Of a stretch of DNA of 64,000 bases, positions 1-15,930 are shown one piece after another. The translations under genes and the position numbers were made by a program. Numbering within the stretch: position 1 is the first letter of the stretch; each line of letters begins with the position of its first letter. The notes under the pieces are model-generated. The model ran no database searches. It was not told the origin of the DNA and worked only from the letters and a program-made list of their open reading frames with translations. Source of the DNA: Octopus vulgaris (lineage: Eukaryota). The stretch is taken from positions 28,334,001-28,398,000 of the forward strand of contig OX597817.1 in assembly GCA_951406725.2 (NCBI GenBank), read 5' to 3'.

Positions 1-210
1 AACACATTCGAGATTAAACGAATATTAAATGTAATTGAATAATTAAATGAAATACTGGTATTTGTACATAAGTGTAAATTAGTGCGAATTATAAGAGGCT
101 CCGGAATATCAATGTCCGGAAAATCAGTGTTGTACTTGTGTATAGGAAAATTATATTCAGTGTGTGTGTGAGTGATTGTGTGTGTGTGTGTGTGTGATTC
201 TATGTGTGTA

Positions 211-645
211 TACATACATACATACATACATACATACATACATACATACATACATACATACATACATACATACATACATACATACATACATACATACATA
301 CATACATACATACATACATACATACATACATACATACATACATACATACATACATACATACATACATACATACATACATACATACATACATACATACATA
401 CATACATACATACATACATACATACATACATACATACATACATACATACATACATACATACATACATACATACATACATACATACATACATACATACATA
501 CATACATACATACATACATACATACATACATACATACATACATACATACATACATACATACATACATACATACATACATACATACATACATACATACATA
601 CATACATACATACATACATACATACATACATACATACATACATAC
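211..645. repeat. perfect (TACA)n microsatellite, about 108 units
   Basis: Uninterrupted tacatacata... run; it explains the MYVC/IHTY ORFs. Confidence 0.98.
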
Positions 646-764
646 GGTTTCTATAAGATTTTGTCGTCTGAGAAACTACACTTGAACCGATTATGATCAA
701 GTTTCACTTTCTGGGAAACTTTGAGTGTGTGTGTGTATGTGAGAGAGAGTGAGTGTGTTATTGA

Positions 765-1707
765 AGGCAGCGAGCTGACAGAATTTCTAGAGCGTGAGAA
801 ACTGTAAAAAGAAGACATGCGTTTTTTGTTCCAGCTTCTTACACCCAGAGTTCAAATCCCACCAGGGCCAGCTTTATCTTTCAGATTTTCTTTATCGATA
901 AATATAGTACCAGCCAATTTGTTGAGTAGTTACCACTGTCCTAAAAACTGTTAGCAGTGTGCCTACATCAGAAAGCATTATAGGGGTGGAATCGTTAGAG
1001 CGTCGTGGAAAATCATTTGCGGTATTTGTTCCGGCCCTTTATGCTGTAAGTTCAAATCCCATCCTTTGAAGATCAATAGAGTACTAGTCAAGTACTGGAG
1101 TCAATATAATCGACTAATAGACCCAGCCCAACCTCTAAAATTACTGATCTTGAGCTAGTATTGGAAAAAAAAAGGCGACCAGCCTGGAGAATTGTTACCG
1201 CGCTGGACAAAATGTTTAAGAACATTTCTTGCTGCGTTCTGTGTTCAAGTTACGCTGAGATCAACATTGCCTTTTTGGGGTCGAAAAAGTTACCATTCTC
1301 TGGGGCCGATATAATCGACTAACCCCACTCGCTCTAAATTTCAGGCTTACAGTAGGAAAAAATTATTTGTTTTTGTTGTTCTTATTTTAGGCAGCAATCT
1401 GGCAGAATTGTTTTGCTTGCTGGGCAAAATAATTAGCAGGCATTTCGTCTGTCTTCGTGTTCTGAGTTCAAATGCTGCCGGGGTCGATTTTGCCTTTCTT
1501 CGCTTCGGAGTCGATTAGATAAGTACCAGTTATGCACTGGAGCCGATGTAATCGACTTAATCCCTTCCCCCACAAGCTGCCTCTGTAATAATGATAATAA
1601 TAATTATTATTATTATTAGTAGTAGTAGTAGTATCATTATTTTTATTATTATTATCATTATTATTTTTATTATTAGTATTATTATTATTATCATTATTAC
1701 TTTTATT

Positions 1708-1763
<56 letters not shown>

Positions 1764-2555
1764 CATAAGACGAGAGGCTGGCAGAAAGTCTTCAAAACAG
1801 ACCATTAATGTTCAGTGGCATTTCTTCAAACTTTACGTTCTGAGTTCAAACGACGCTATGATCGACTACTCCTTTCATCCACGGAGCCAGTAAACTATGT
1901 ACCAGTCAAGAACTGGGGGTCGATGCAATTTCCTACCCTCCCATCCCCCAAATTTCAGGCTTTGTGCCGAAAGTGGAAATGAGCATTATTATTGTTGTTG
2001 CAATGGATATTATTATTATTATTATTATTATTGGGATAATGGATAGTAGAATCATTCGAGCATCGGACAAAATGCCATATGACATTTAATTCAATCAAAC
2101 GTTTTGCGTTCTGTGTTCAAATCCCGTGCTGGTTAACTTTGTTTTCCATCGTTTCGGGGTATCTTCAAATAAAATGCCAGTCAAGTACTAGGGTCGACGT
2201 CATCGACTAACGAAGCCCTCCACAAAATTGCTGGTTTTATGCCTTTATCAGAAACAATTCTATCGCCCCACCACCGTACATATCTCTATGAGAGATTTAG
2301 AAATTTAATATTTCTGAATTATTACTGTTATTATTGGGAAAGTGGCGAGTTGGCAGAATCGTTAGCACGTTGAACAAAATGCTTAGCTACACTTCCGTCT
2401 TTACGTTCTTGGTTCAAATTACGCCGAGGACTTTGCTTGTTGTACTTTCAGGATCGGCAAAATAAGTACCAGTTGAGCACTGGGGTTCGATGTTAGCCAC
2501 TTACCTCTCCCCCAGAATTGCTAACTTTGTGCCAAACTTTGAAAACATTTTATTA
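765..2555 (+). mobile_element. head-to-tail cluster of about 7 diverged family-A tRNA-derived SINE copies
   Basis: Repeated ggc(g/a)gcgagctggcagaa...gttagc (A-box-like), gagttcaaat (B-box-like) and gcctttcatcc..ggggtcgat..aagtaccag body motifs starting near 765, 985, 1173, 1390, 1770, 2035 and 2340, separated by (ATT)n tails. Confidence 0.8.
1588..1765. repeat. (ATT)n/(AGT)n trinucleotide microsatellite
   Basis: Direct reading; source of the poly-Ile ORFs. Confidence 0.95.
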
Positions 2556-2561
2556 TTATTT

Positions 2562-2962
2562 GGGGTAAGTAGCTTGCTTACCAACTACATGGTTCCGGGT
2601 TCATTCCCACTGCGTGGCACCTTACGCGAGTGTCTTCTACTATAGCCTCGGGCCGACCAAAGCCTTGTGAGTGGATTTGGTAGACGGAAACTGAAAGAAG
2701 CCCGTCGTATATATGTCTATATATATATATATGTGTGTGTGTGTGTATATGTTTGTGTGTCTGTGTTTGTCCCTACAACATAGATTGACAACCGATAGTG
2801 GCGTGTTTATGTCCCCGTAACTTAGCGGTTCCACAAAAGAGACTGATAGAATAAGTACTAGGCTTACAAAGACTAAGTCCTAGGGTCGATTTGCTCGACT
2901 AAAGGCGGTGCTCCAGCATGGCCGCAGTCAAATGAGTGAAACAAGTAAAAGATAGAAGAGAA
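2562..2962 (+). mobile_element. family-B tRNA-derived SINE with internal (TA)/(TG) tract
   Basis: ggtaagtagcttgcttaccaa..ggttccgggttca..cccactgcgtggcacctt..; ends ggccgcagtcaaatgagtgaaacaagtaaaaga; many near-identical copies in the window. Confidence 0.9.
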
Positions 2963-3148
2963 AAGAGGGTGGGCTTGAGAATCGTTAGAGTGCCGGATAT
3001 TATGCATTGTGGTTTATGAAACAGTCCTGTACGTTCAGAGATCGAATCTCACCGAGCTCAGCATTGGCCTTCATCGTTTCAAAATCAGTAATATGAAGAA
3101 TTAGTCAAGTACAGAGTACAACATAATCGAATAAGCCCTTTCCCGCCA

Positions 3149-3327
3149 AATGACTTTGCTAGGGTGGGAGGAAGAACAGGGGAGAGGGGTGGTCCGCACC
3201 GGGCGAGGCTTTTATGGCGGTGACAGTTTCGGGTCTGGTTTGTAAGCCTGATTTGACTGTATTGCCGAGTTGGGAACAGCAAATTCAAGGGTTACCTCGG
3301 GCGGTACACGATCAAGGTACACCACTA
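3149..3327. mobile_element. degenerate GC-rich MITE-like element
   Basis: GC-rich island with internal ggtccgcaccgggcg / cctcgggcggtacac; the ends loosely resemble agtggcgtagctag-type TIRs. Family assignment is inference. Confidence 0.3.
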
Positions 3328-4209
3328 TCTCTCCCAGTTTTCTGGTTTCCTACCTATATAATAAGCAATTGTTGCTACATTGGGCTACTCTTTATTTCAC
3401 ATGACCTTTTTGAATAAACAATTATTTTCTCAAACAGAAAAATCATTAACAGATTTTCGATCGAAATAGGAAGTCTCTATGTGGTCACTCGATTTGCTAA
3501 AAGCAATAGCTAATTCGCCATAATTCGCCATAAAATACAGTGAAGTACACAGTGTCTGAAATACATAAAAGGTAGTCATATGTGAACCATGTATGGTCTT
3601 AATTGTGTGCAATAAGGGTTGATTGAAGACAACCCAGCAACGGACACGGTGCAACGTTGCGTGTGTATATTTACATTCGTTCGCGTAGAAATAATACATT
3701 GAATGCGTGAGTATGTATGTATGACTGCGTGTGACTACACACAGAAAAATGCACATATATATATATGTAATCTTTCCTTTGCTTTAGGCGTCGGATTGTG
3801 GCCATGCTGGGGCACAGCTATCTACTGTTTATTTAAACAACTCAATCCTGGTATTATTTTTTTTAATTCTGGCAATTATTACATTGATCTCTTTTACCAA
3901 ACAACAAATACACAGGGAAGTAAATAAAGCAACACCGGTTGTCAAGCGGCGATGGGGGGAACAATACAAACACATATACACATATGTGCATACACAACAG
4001 GTTTCCCAAACACCTTCTGTCTGCCAAAAGGTTGCAAAGCGTTGGGCTGCACGAAGCTAGGGCCAAGATGCCATACTGTAGAACAGAACCCGAGACCACT
4101 TGGTTACGAATCCAGTTTCTGAACTCCGCGTCCTGAATATATATTTTTTAAATATCTTTAGATATATATTCAATAATAAATGTAAATAATTAGAAATTTA
4201 TCTATATTG

Positions 4210-5645
<1,436 letters not shown>

Positions 5646-5669
5646 TTATTTCAGTAATATACAAGTGTA

Positions 5670-6180
5670 TATCATTATCATCGTTCTGACGTCCAATTCC
5701 TTGTGCTTGTATGAGTTGGAAATATTTTTGTTGAGTCAGATTTTCTGTTGCCTCTGCCCTGCATTATGTCTTCCCTCTTTTGTTTCACAGAAAGGTAATA
5801 TTCCCTAGGGCCCATACATTTCTATGCTACATATTGGAAATAAATGACACAGCATGTACGCAAATGACAGTCATTTACAACTATCACACTATGTCAAAGC
5901 CAAGATATTACAAGCAAACACATATACACTTATATACAAGGGTGTTTCTCTATGTATTTACGTATGATAGTCAGTGTCAGCATCTGTGTGTATAGTCTTG
6001 TCATGACATCACGTGATGATTGTAAGGGTGCATGACTGTCATACAAGCAATGCTTTTCACTTTCAGTCTCCTGTGCAAAAGATGGCTCACCAAGGGGAAA
6101 TATTACCTTGTTAGGAAACAAGTAATAGTTGGGAACAAAAAAAGGGACATCTGACTGTACAGAATCAGCCATGACAAATA
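5670..6180. repeat. two diverged copies of one interspersed repeat in inverted orientation (about 5670-5915 and 5995-6180)
   Basis: aaggtaatattccc...catttacaactatcac..tgtca on + is mirrored by tgacatcacgtgatgattgtaag...ggggaaatattacctt; a third relative lies at about 19800-20005. Confidence 0.65.
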
Positions 6181-6383
6181 ATATGCAACAATTGCAAGTA
6201 TGGAAATCACAAAGAAACGATGATGGTTTTCATCATAATTGTATCTAAAAATATATAGGCATCTATTTATAAGTTTATGCATAGAAATATGTGCATATGT
6301 ATACACATACGTGTAAGGTTATACATGTGTATCTATGAAAATGTATGAATATAAAGAGATGTATACACATGCACATATGCATG

Positions 6384-6423
<40 letters not shown>

Positions 6424-6437
6424 ATTGTTTATTTATA

Positions 6438-6566
6438 TAATAATAATGAAATTATTGTATACGGTGCTCAGGTGCACCACAACTTGTCAGAAAGTGCGTA
6501 TAAAGTGCATGCAGTAATGTACAAATGTCTGGAAAACGAACAATGTATGAGTCAGATACATGCTTG
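6438..6566 (-). mobile_element. LINE 3' tail fragment (same tail as 44355-44465 and 46942-47015)
   Basis: Reverse complement contains aagttgtggtgcacctgagcaccgtatacaataatttcattatt, matching gagttgtagtgcacctgagcact... of the CR1-type copy. Confidence 0.75.
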
Positions 6567-6580
6567 TGTGTGTATGTATA

Positions 6581-6710
6581 TACTGTAAATTCTCGAGTAT
6601 AGTCCGCCCTTGAGTATAATATGTAGGGGATTTTTAGTGGGCTGTACTTCTGAAAAACCTAAACCTTGTGTATAATACGCACCCCTTCTCTAACTTGAGT
6701 CAAGGAGGTC
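6581..6710 (+). mobile_element. DNA-transposon (Tc2/pogo-like) terminal fragment
   Basis: TA-ctgtaaattctcgagtatagtccgc with internally repeated gtata..cgcacc motifs, as typical of this TIR class; only one end is visible. Confidence 0.45.
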
Positions 6711-7269
6711 TGTATGTCTATCGGTATGTAATGTATGTGTGTATGTATGTATGTGTGTATAAATATGCATATATGTGTGGAAAAGCATAGGCTGATGATA
6801 GCGCTTTGCACTCAAGCTTCCAAGATTGTGGAAACAATTTCTTGGAGCGAGGTGATGCGGTGAGTGCCTGAGTGAAAGAGTTCATTTCACATTGCTGAAG
6901 GCCACTCAGCTGGCAATAATGGGTAACCCTGAAATTGAACAGCATCCAGTGCAGAGTATATATAGCATTGAATCCAGCAAATCGTCCTTAGAGGTCTATA
7001 GATCAACAAGCATCTTCCATCCTTTCCTATCGATATATATGTATATATAAACACATATGCATATATGTCTGTGTATATATCTCTGTGTGTATGTATATAT
7101 ATATATATATATATATAAGTAGATCCACACACACACTGACGCACATATATGTATATATGTGTGTGTGTGTGTGTATATGTATATGTATAACTTTGATATC
7201 TTTGACAGATTTCAACCAGTATGGGCCCACACAATGTTTAAATTAATAGCACTACCTGGTGTAAGTCAA

Positions 7270-8213
7270 CATATGTATATATATATGTGTGTGTGTATGA
7301 ATATGTATTTATGTGCGTGTGTGTTTATGTATATATATATATATGTATATATACATGAATATGTATACGTGTGTGTGTATGTAGATATATGCATGTGTGT
7401 GTGTGTGTATATATATATATGTACATGTGTGTGTATATATATATGTATATATGTATGTATACATATATATGCACATATTAATATGCATACATGCATGCAT
7501 ATATATGCATGTATATATATATCTATAGGTATATATATAAGTACGTATGTATATATATATTGATTCAGTTGAATTAGCTATGATTAAGTTAAGGCACCAA
7601 CTCAATCCAATACTGTATGTAAAAGTGTATGAATACATGTATGTATAAATCTATATATTAATGTAATTATATATGTGTGTGTGTGTGTGTGTGTATACAA
7701 GTATATACATATCTATAGGCATGTATTGTACGGATGTTTGTATGTATAACATATATATATATTGATGTATGCATACATATATATATATAAGTACATATAT
7801 AGGTACATATATGTATGCATATATGTTTATGCATGTGTGTGTGTATATCTGTATATGTGCTTAAATATGTATTTGTATACATATTTATATATACTAATAT
7901 GTACATGCATGCATATGTATGTATACATTTCTTTATGTACACAAATATACATATATAGGCATGGATACTTACACTATATATATATTCATATGTATATGAA
8001 CATACATGTATATATTTGTGAGTGGGTGTGTATATATTTATATATTGTATATACAAGTATATACGTGTATAAATATGTATGTAAACATAATTATTTATGT
8101 GTGTGTATATATAAATAGATGCTTATATCAATGTATATATGTGTATATATATATGTATGCATAGATATATGTATATATTAGCGTGGGGTGTGAGTCTGTG
8201 TGTGTGTGTCACA

Positions 8214-8244
<31 letters not shown>

Positions 8245-8285
8245 GTACATATATATGTATATATATATGTGTGTGTGTGTGTGTG

Positions 8286-8334
<49 letters not shown>

Positions 8335-8586
8335 GTATACATATATGTATATATGTAATATATAACTGTGCATATATATGTATGCATAAGTATATGTATA
8401 CATGTGTGCATATATATATGTACATTTGTATGCCTATCTATATGTATATATGTATGCATATATATATATAGATAGATATAGATACATATGTATATATAAA
8501 TATATATTTATATATATACATATATATACATATACATATGTATGTGTATATATATATATATGTATATATGCACTTGCAAATATATA

Positions 8587-8617
<31 letters not shown>

Positions 8618-8963
8618 TCATGCTTATATATATATATATATGCATGTATAAATACATGAATGTATATATATGCATGTATACATGTCTACATACATATGTG
8701 TATACACTTACGTATATATTTATGCGTATATGTATATATACATAAATATGTATATACCTATATGTATGCATACATACATCTATTTGTAAATGCATATATA
8801 TTTCTATGAATTTAAGTGTATCTCTTTTTCTCTCTATATATTTGTATATATATGTTTGCTCATATATATATTTATATATTTTTATATGTATATATATGTA
8901 TATACATTTCTTTATATATATATTTATATATTTTTATATGTATATATATGTATATACATTTCG

Positions 8964-9008
<45 letters not shown>

Positions 9009-9120
9009 CATACACATATTTACAAGTAGAAGTACTCCTATTTATGTATGTATATTTTTACTTATATATATATTTACATATAGATATATATATGTGTGAA
9101 TGTATCTATGTATGCATGTA
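7270..9120. repeat. low-complexity (TA)/(TG)/(CA) field
   Basis: Direct reading. Confidence 0.9.
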
Positions 9121-9377
9121 TAGTTTTGTGTGTCTATGTTTTTCACCCCAACATCACTTCTCAACCAATGTTGCTGTGATTACATTCCTGTAAATTAGTG
9201 GTTCAGCTACAGAGACCAATAAAATAAGTACCAAACTTACAAGGAATAAGGCTGGGATCAATTTCCTTGACTAAAGGTAGTGCTCCAGCATGGTCGCAGT
9301 TAAATGACTTAAACAACTAAAGAAATATATAACATATATCTATATTATATATATATATATAATAATTTATTTATATA

Positions 9378-9752
9378 TGTGGTAAGTAGCTTGCTTATGA
9401 TCCACATGGATACAGGTTCAGTCCCACTGTGTGGCACCTTGGGCAAGTGTCTTCTACTATAGCCTCAGGCCAACCAAAGCCTTGTGAGTGGATATATTAG
9501 ATGGAGACTGAAAGAAGCCCATCGTGTATATATATATATATGGATATGTTTGTGTCTCTTGTTTGTTCCTGCCATTATCGCTTGACAACCGATGTTAGTG
9601 TGTTTATGTCCCTGAAAGTTCACAGTTTGTCAAAAGAGCCCAATAGAATAGGTAATTGGCTTACAAAGAATACATCCAGGAATCGATATGTTCGACTAAA
9701 GGTGATGCTCCGTCGTGGCCACAGTCAAATGACTGAAAAAATAAAAGAAGAA
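9378..9752 (+). mobile_element. family-B SINE (diverged); a further 3' fragment lies at about 9125-9325
   Basis: Same head, body and tail motifs as 2562-2962. Confidence 0.85.
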
Positions 9753-9764
9753 AATAATATATCA

Positions 9765-9808
9765 TATGTATATATAATATATATGTAATATATATATACA
9801 TATGTATA

Positions 9809-9845
<37 letters not shown>

Positions 9846-9970
9846 ATATATATATACATATGTATAATGTATATATATATATAATATATATATGTAATAT
9901 ATATATACATATGTATAATGTATATATATATATATATATATATGTAATATATATATACATATGTATAATG

Positions 9971-10008
<38 letters not shown>

Positions 10009-10038
10009 TGTAATATATATATATACATATGTATAATG

Positions 10039-10071
<33 letters not shown>

Positions 10072-10295
10072 TATGTAATATATATATATACATATGTATA
10101 ATGTATATATATATATGTATATATATAATATATATATGTAATATATATATACATATGTATGTGTATATATATATATATATGATATATATATATGTAATAT
10201 ATATATACATATGTATAATGTATATATATATATATATAATATATATATGTAATATAGATATATACATATGTATATGTATATATATATATACATAT
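9765..10295. repeat. minisatellite built from gtaat(at)n-acatatgtataatg-(ta)n units
   Basis: About 8 recurrences of acatatgtataatgtata with variable (TA) spacers. Confidence 0.85.
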
Positions 10296-10301
10296 ACATA
10301 T

Positions 10302-10700
10302 AGGCTCAGTGGTAAGAATCTTGCTTCCAAACCAAATGGTTCTAGGTTCAGTCCCACTCCAGGGCAACTTGGGCGAGTATCTTCCAATATAGCCTTAAGC
10401 TGACCAAAGCCTTGTAAGGGGATTCAGTAGATGGAAATGGTATGAAACTTTCCTTTTATGTATATGTATATATATATATATGTGTAATATGCATGTATGT
10501 ATTTGTGTGTTTGTGTTTGTCGCCAACCAACACTTGACAACTTACATTGTTGTGTCTACATCCCAGTTAATTAGCGGTTTGGACAAAGATCCCAACAGAA
10601 TAAGTACAAAGCTTTAGGTCCTGGGATTGATTTCTTTGACTAAATGCAGTGTTCCAGAATGGCCACAGTCAAATGACGAAATCAGGTAGAAGAAAGAAAT
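10302..10700 (+). mobile_element. family-B SINE (diverged)
   Basis: ggctcagtggtaagaatcttgcttcc...ggccacagtcaaatgacgaaa. Confidence 0.8.
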
Positions 10701-10845
10701 AATATAATACATATATATGCATGTGTGTATATATATATAGTACATATATATATTATATACATAATGTGTGTATTATGTACATATATATATATGTATGTAT
10801 ATAAATACATATATATATATATACATATATAAATACATATAATAC

Positions 10846-10889
<44 letters not shown>

Positions 10890-11039
10890 TATAATATATA
10901 TGTATATATATATATATATAAATTCATATAATATATATGTATATATATATATATAAATTCATATAATATATATGTATATATATATATATATAAATTCATA
11001 TAATATATATATAATATATATATATATAATATATAGAGA

Positions 11040-11229
11040 GGGGAGAAACAAGGACACACAAAGGGATTAAGATCATTGTATCTGATCCCAGTGCATAACT
11101 GGTACTTATTTAATAGACCCCGAAAGGTTGAAGGGAAAAATCGACTTCAGCGTAAATTGAACTCAGAACATAACAGCAGATGAACAACTGCTCAGCTTTT
11201 TGCCCGGCGTGCTAACGATTCTGCCAGCT
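11040..11229 (-). mobile_element. family-A SINE (diverged)
   Basis: Reverse complement of agctggcagaatcgttagcacgccgggc...cggggtctattaaataagtaccag. Confidence 0.8.
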
Positions 11230-11814
11230 AATATAATATTTATATATATATTATACATAAATATTATATATAAATGCATATAATATATATATTATATATA
11301 AATGCATATAATATATATTATATATAAAAGCATATGATATATATATATATATTATATATAAAAGCATATGATATATATATATATATATTATATACAAATG
11401 CATATGATATATATATATATATATTATATATAAATGCATATAATATATATATATATATATATAGATGCATATAATATATATTATATGAATACATATATAT
11501 TATATAAATGCATATAAATATATATGTATATATATATGCATGTACATACATATATATATGTACATACATATATATATATGCATGTACATACATATATATA
11601 TGTACATACATATATATATATATATGTACATACATATATATATATATATGTGTATACATATATATATACATACATATATATATATATGTGTATACATATA
11701 TATATACATACATATATATATATGTGTATACATATATATATACATACATATATATATATGTACATACATATATATATATGTACATATATATATATGAATG
11801 TACATATATATATA

Positions 11815-11879
<65 letters not shown>

Positions 11880-13430
11880 TATGTGTGTAAATAGAAATGA
11901 TGAATATATCTTGTAGTAGATTATATCAAAAGTTTAAACATGATACACATGTCTATAGTAGCATAAAATCACAGCAGTATAACATACTTATATACGGTTG
12001 GAGGTACAACCATATATAGGCGTTAATAACCGTGCGTTGGTAAATATATATATATATATGAAAGTAAAATATTATATGGTGAATTGAAGAAATGGAGCTG
12101 AACGCAGATTGAACAGAAATCGTTTTATTTCATTCTACACACTGACATACAATTTCTGAAAGGCACAAATTTACCAAAATCATATTGAATACATGGGACC
12201 ATATTGTGTCTTTCTCTTCAGGAAGAAAGATAGGAAATCATATTGGAAAAACAAAAACAGAACAGAGGCGGAGCAAAAAAACAAATCGAACTGTGCTCCT
12301 AAGAGCCCATGGCGAAACTGTTTATCAGTGTATGTTGAGAACCGGTGGCTGAAGAATTCAACAGGTCAGGCATCGGTCAATCATGTGGGTGAGGGTATAT
12401 ATATGTTCTTTGTGACCGAGAATAAAGTTCTGACTATTTAAGGAATATTGGATGTTTTATAAGGGCGAGAAAAAATCTACTTAGAGACGTGTGTGTGTGT
12501 ATACTGTACATATATATATAGTGTGTTGGCGAAATATATATGCTCCGCCTCTGTTCTGTTTTTGTTTTTCCAACGGATTTCATTTTTATGTATATAAGAA
12601 AGACACAATATGTGTCCCATTATTCAATCGGATTTTGCTGCACTTATATTTGTGCCTTTCGAATATACATCTGTATATATATGAAATATAAACGATTTCT
12701 GTATAATCTGTGTTCATATACATATTCAATTCATACATATAATATAAATATATATATATGTATATATATATGTACATATATATACATATATATGTATATA
12801 TATATATATATGTGTGTGTGTGCGTATAATGTATATACATATGTGTATGTATATAGATATGCAATATATATATACACATTATATATATATATATATATAC
12901 ATTATATATATATATATATACTTTAAACATGTATTTACACATGTCTATATGTATGCATATTTATATATCTATGCCTCTGTCAACGTATATACATACTTAT
13001 ATACAGATATATATACATATTTATAACCTTTTATATATATAGAGATATAATAAGGTATATATGTAAATATATATATATATATGCAAAGTTTTATATGTAT
13101 ATGCATTGTCAATTGCATACATATTCATGTCAAGCATGCATATATATATATATATTTATAAGCTTGTGTGTGTGTTCATTTTATACACTGACATACAATT
13201 TCTGAGGTAGCATAATTTAGAAAAGAACATAATCATGTATACATGCACTTACACATGCTGTTCACACACACAAATGCATAGATAGGAATGCATATTTGCA
13301 TGCACATATGCATACACACATATAAATATTTTTTTCTTAATCAGTACAATCTTCATTATCTGAGTTGAAGGTGAAACTCTCAACCTATCGTTTAATTCTT
13401 GCCCTTCGCTATACATATATACATACATAA

Positions 13431-13526
<96 letters not shown>

Positions 13527-14094
13527 CATATAAATCTATGTATAAAAATTTATACTTACATATAATTATGAACCTATACATATGGATATATAGATTTTTG
13601 GGAAATATATATAAAATCATTTCAAATGAATTAAAAAATTTTTTGATATACATTTAGAGATATGCATATATTTATGTATATAAGCATATTTGGTTATAAC
13701 TCTATATACAAATGTGGGTATATATACATATATTTTGCTGCACTTATATATATTTTTTTATATATACATCTGTATATATATGTATATATATAAACATACA
13801 TATGTATATATTGTGTATATACATATACAAGTATACATATATATATAAATATATATATATAATGTATGTATATATGTATGTATGTATGTATAACGTATAT
13901 ATATATTATGTATACATATTTCTTTGTACATTTATGGATTATGCTTGTATATGTAAGCATCATTTTGTAGTATATAGGAATGTATTAGAGTGTGTGTATT
14001 TGTGTGTGTGTCTGTTTGTGTGTGTATATATATATAGCATGGCCACAGCTCATGACCAGAAACTAGATAAAATAAATAAATATATATATATATC

Positions 14095-14128
14095 ATTATA
14101 CATATTTGTGTATATAATTATACATATT

Positions 14129-14186
<58 letters not shown>

Positions 14187-14282
14187 TACATATTTGTGTG
14201 TGTATATATAATTATACATATTTGTGTGTATATATATATATAATTATACATATTTGTGTGTATATATATAATTATACATATT

Positions 14283-14313
<31 letters not shown>

Positions 14314-14628
14314 ATACATATTTGTGTGTGTATATATATATATATATAATTATACATATTTGTGTGTATATATATATATATATATAATTATACATATTTG
14401 TGTGTATATATATATATATAATTATACATATTTGTGTGTATATATATATATATAATTATACATATTTGTGTATATATATATATATATATAATTATACATA
14501 TTTGTGTACATATATATATATATTACAATTATACATATTTGTGTGTAAATATATATATATATACATACATATTTGTGTACATATATATATATATTACAAT
14601 TATACATATTTGTGTGTAAATATATATA

Positions 14629-14671
<43 letters not shown>

Positions 14672-14790
14672 TTGTGTACATATATGTGTATATATATATA
14701 TATTTACACATATTTGTGAACATATATATATATGTATATATATATATTTGTGTGTGTATATATATATATATTTACACATATTTGTGTACA
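14095..14790. repeat. minisatellite, unit ataattatacatatttgtgtg(ta)n
   Basis: More than 12 tandem copies with variable (TA) length. Confidence 0.9.
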
Positions 14791-14812
14791 TATGTATATA
14801 TATATATATATT

Positions 14813-14845
<33 letters not shown>

Positions 14846-14851
14846 GTGTAC

Positions 14852-14909
<58 letters not shown>

Positions 14910-15517
14910 TTGTACATGTTTTTGTTTATATGTATATCACTATATACATATAAATGCATTCATGTATGTACACATATACACATGATGAGGTTAGACATAA
15001 TACATGCTTGTATTTGTTAATGTACTCATATTAATCTCTGTATACATATATTTGTATACACATATCTATACATCAATGCATTTCTCCTATATTTATGCAT
15101 GTTGATCATGATATACATGTATAAATATGAGTGCGTGTATGTGTGCATATATGTGTGTATGTATATATATAGATATGTGTGTGTGTACACATCTAACACC
15201 ATTTTAATATACACTGTTCTGAAAATGCATAGGTCAAATAGAATATATTGAGGCAAACTTAACTATGGATAAACACCTCAGCTAATTTGAAGCAAATTCA
15301 TTTTTCACCCATTTTCAGACATTTTCTCAATGAACATGCAAGATAAATAACAACTCTTACAGGATGGTGATGCTCATTTTTCAACAACGATATGATGCAG
15401 ACACACATATGTGTGTGTGTAAGGACAATTGCCCAAGTTGTCATGCAGTTGGCTGGAACCCAGAAACTTTTCATTGAGCAGCGAACATATTACTGCATTC
15501 ATTATGCATATATATAT

Positions 15518-15689
15518 AGGTGCAGGAGTGGCTGTGTGGTAAGTAGCTTGCTAACCAACCACATGGTTCCAGTTTCAGTCCCACTGCGTGGCATCTTGGG
15601 CAAGTGTCTTCTGCTATAGCCCCAGGCCGACCAATGCCTTGTGAGTGGATTTGGTAGACGGAAACTGGAAGAAGCCTATCATATATATG

Positions 15690-15720
<31 letters not shown>

Positions 15721-15930
15721 ATGTCTGTGTTTGTCCCCCTAGCATTGCTTGACAACCGATGCTGGTGTGTTTACGTCCCCGTCACTTAGCGGTTCAGCAA
15801 AAGAGGCCGATAGAATAAGTACTGGGCTTACAAAGAATAAGTCCCGGGGTCGATTTGTCGACTAAAGGTGGTGCTCCAGCATGGCCGCAGTCAAATGACT
15901 GAAACAAGTAAAAGAATAGAATAAAAGAAT
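15518..15930 (+). mobile_element. full-length family-B SINE
   Basis: ggtgcaggagtggctgtgtggtaagtagc...gaaacaagtaaaagaatag; nearly identical to 48809-49228. Confidence 0.92.

Noticed and set aside
5780-6172. Protein-looking ORFs RKVIFPRAHTFLCYILE (superficially APOBEC-like) and MADSVQSDVPFF...
   Set aside because: Both derive from inverted copies of the same interspersed repeat, and no HxE/PCxxC deaminase motifs are present.
12221-12364. Plus-strand exon (ctcttcag|GAAG...ACAG|gtcagg)
   Set aside because: It overlaps an indel-rich inverted duplication and has a weak donor, so it is more likely a repeat relic.
14095-14790. CRISPR-like repeat-spacer array
   Set aside because: The spacers are only variable (TA)n, the context is eukaryotic and there are no cas genes.
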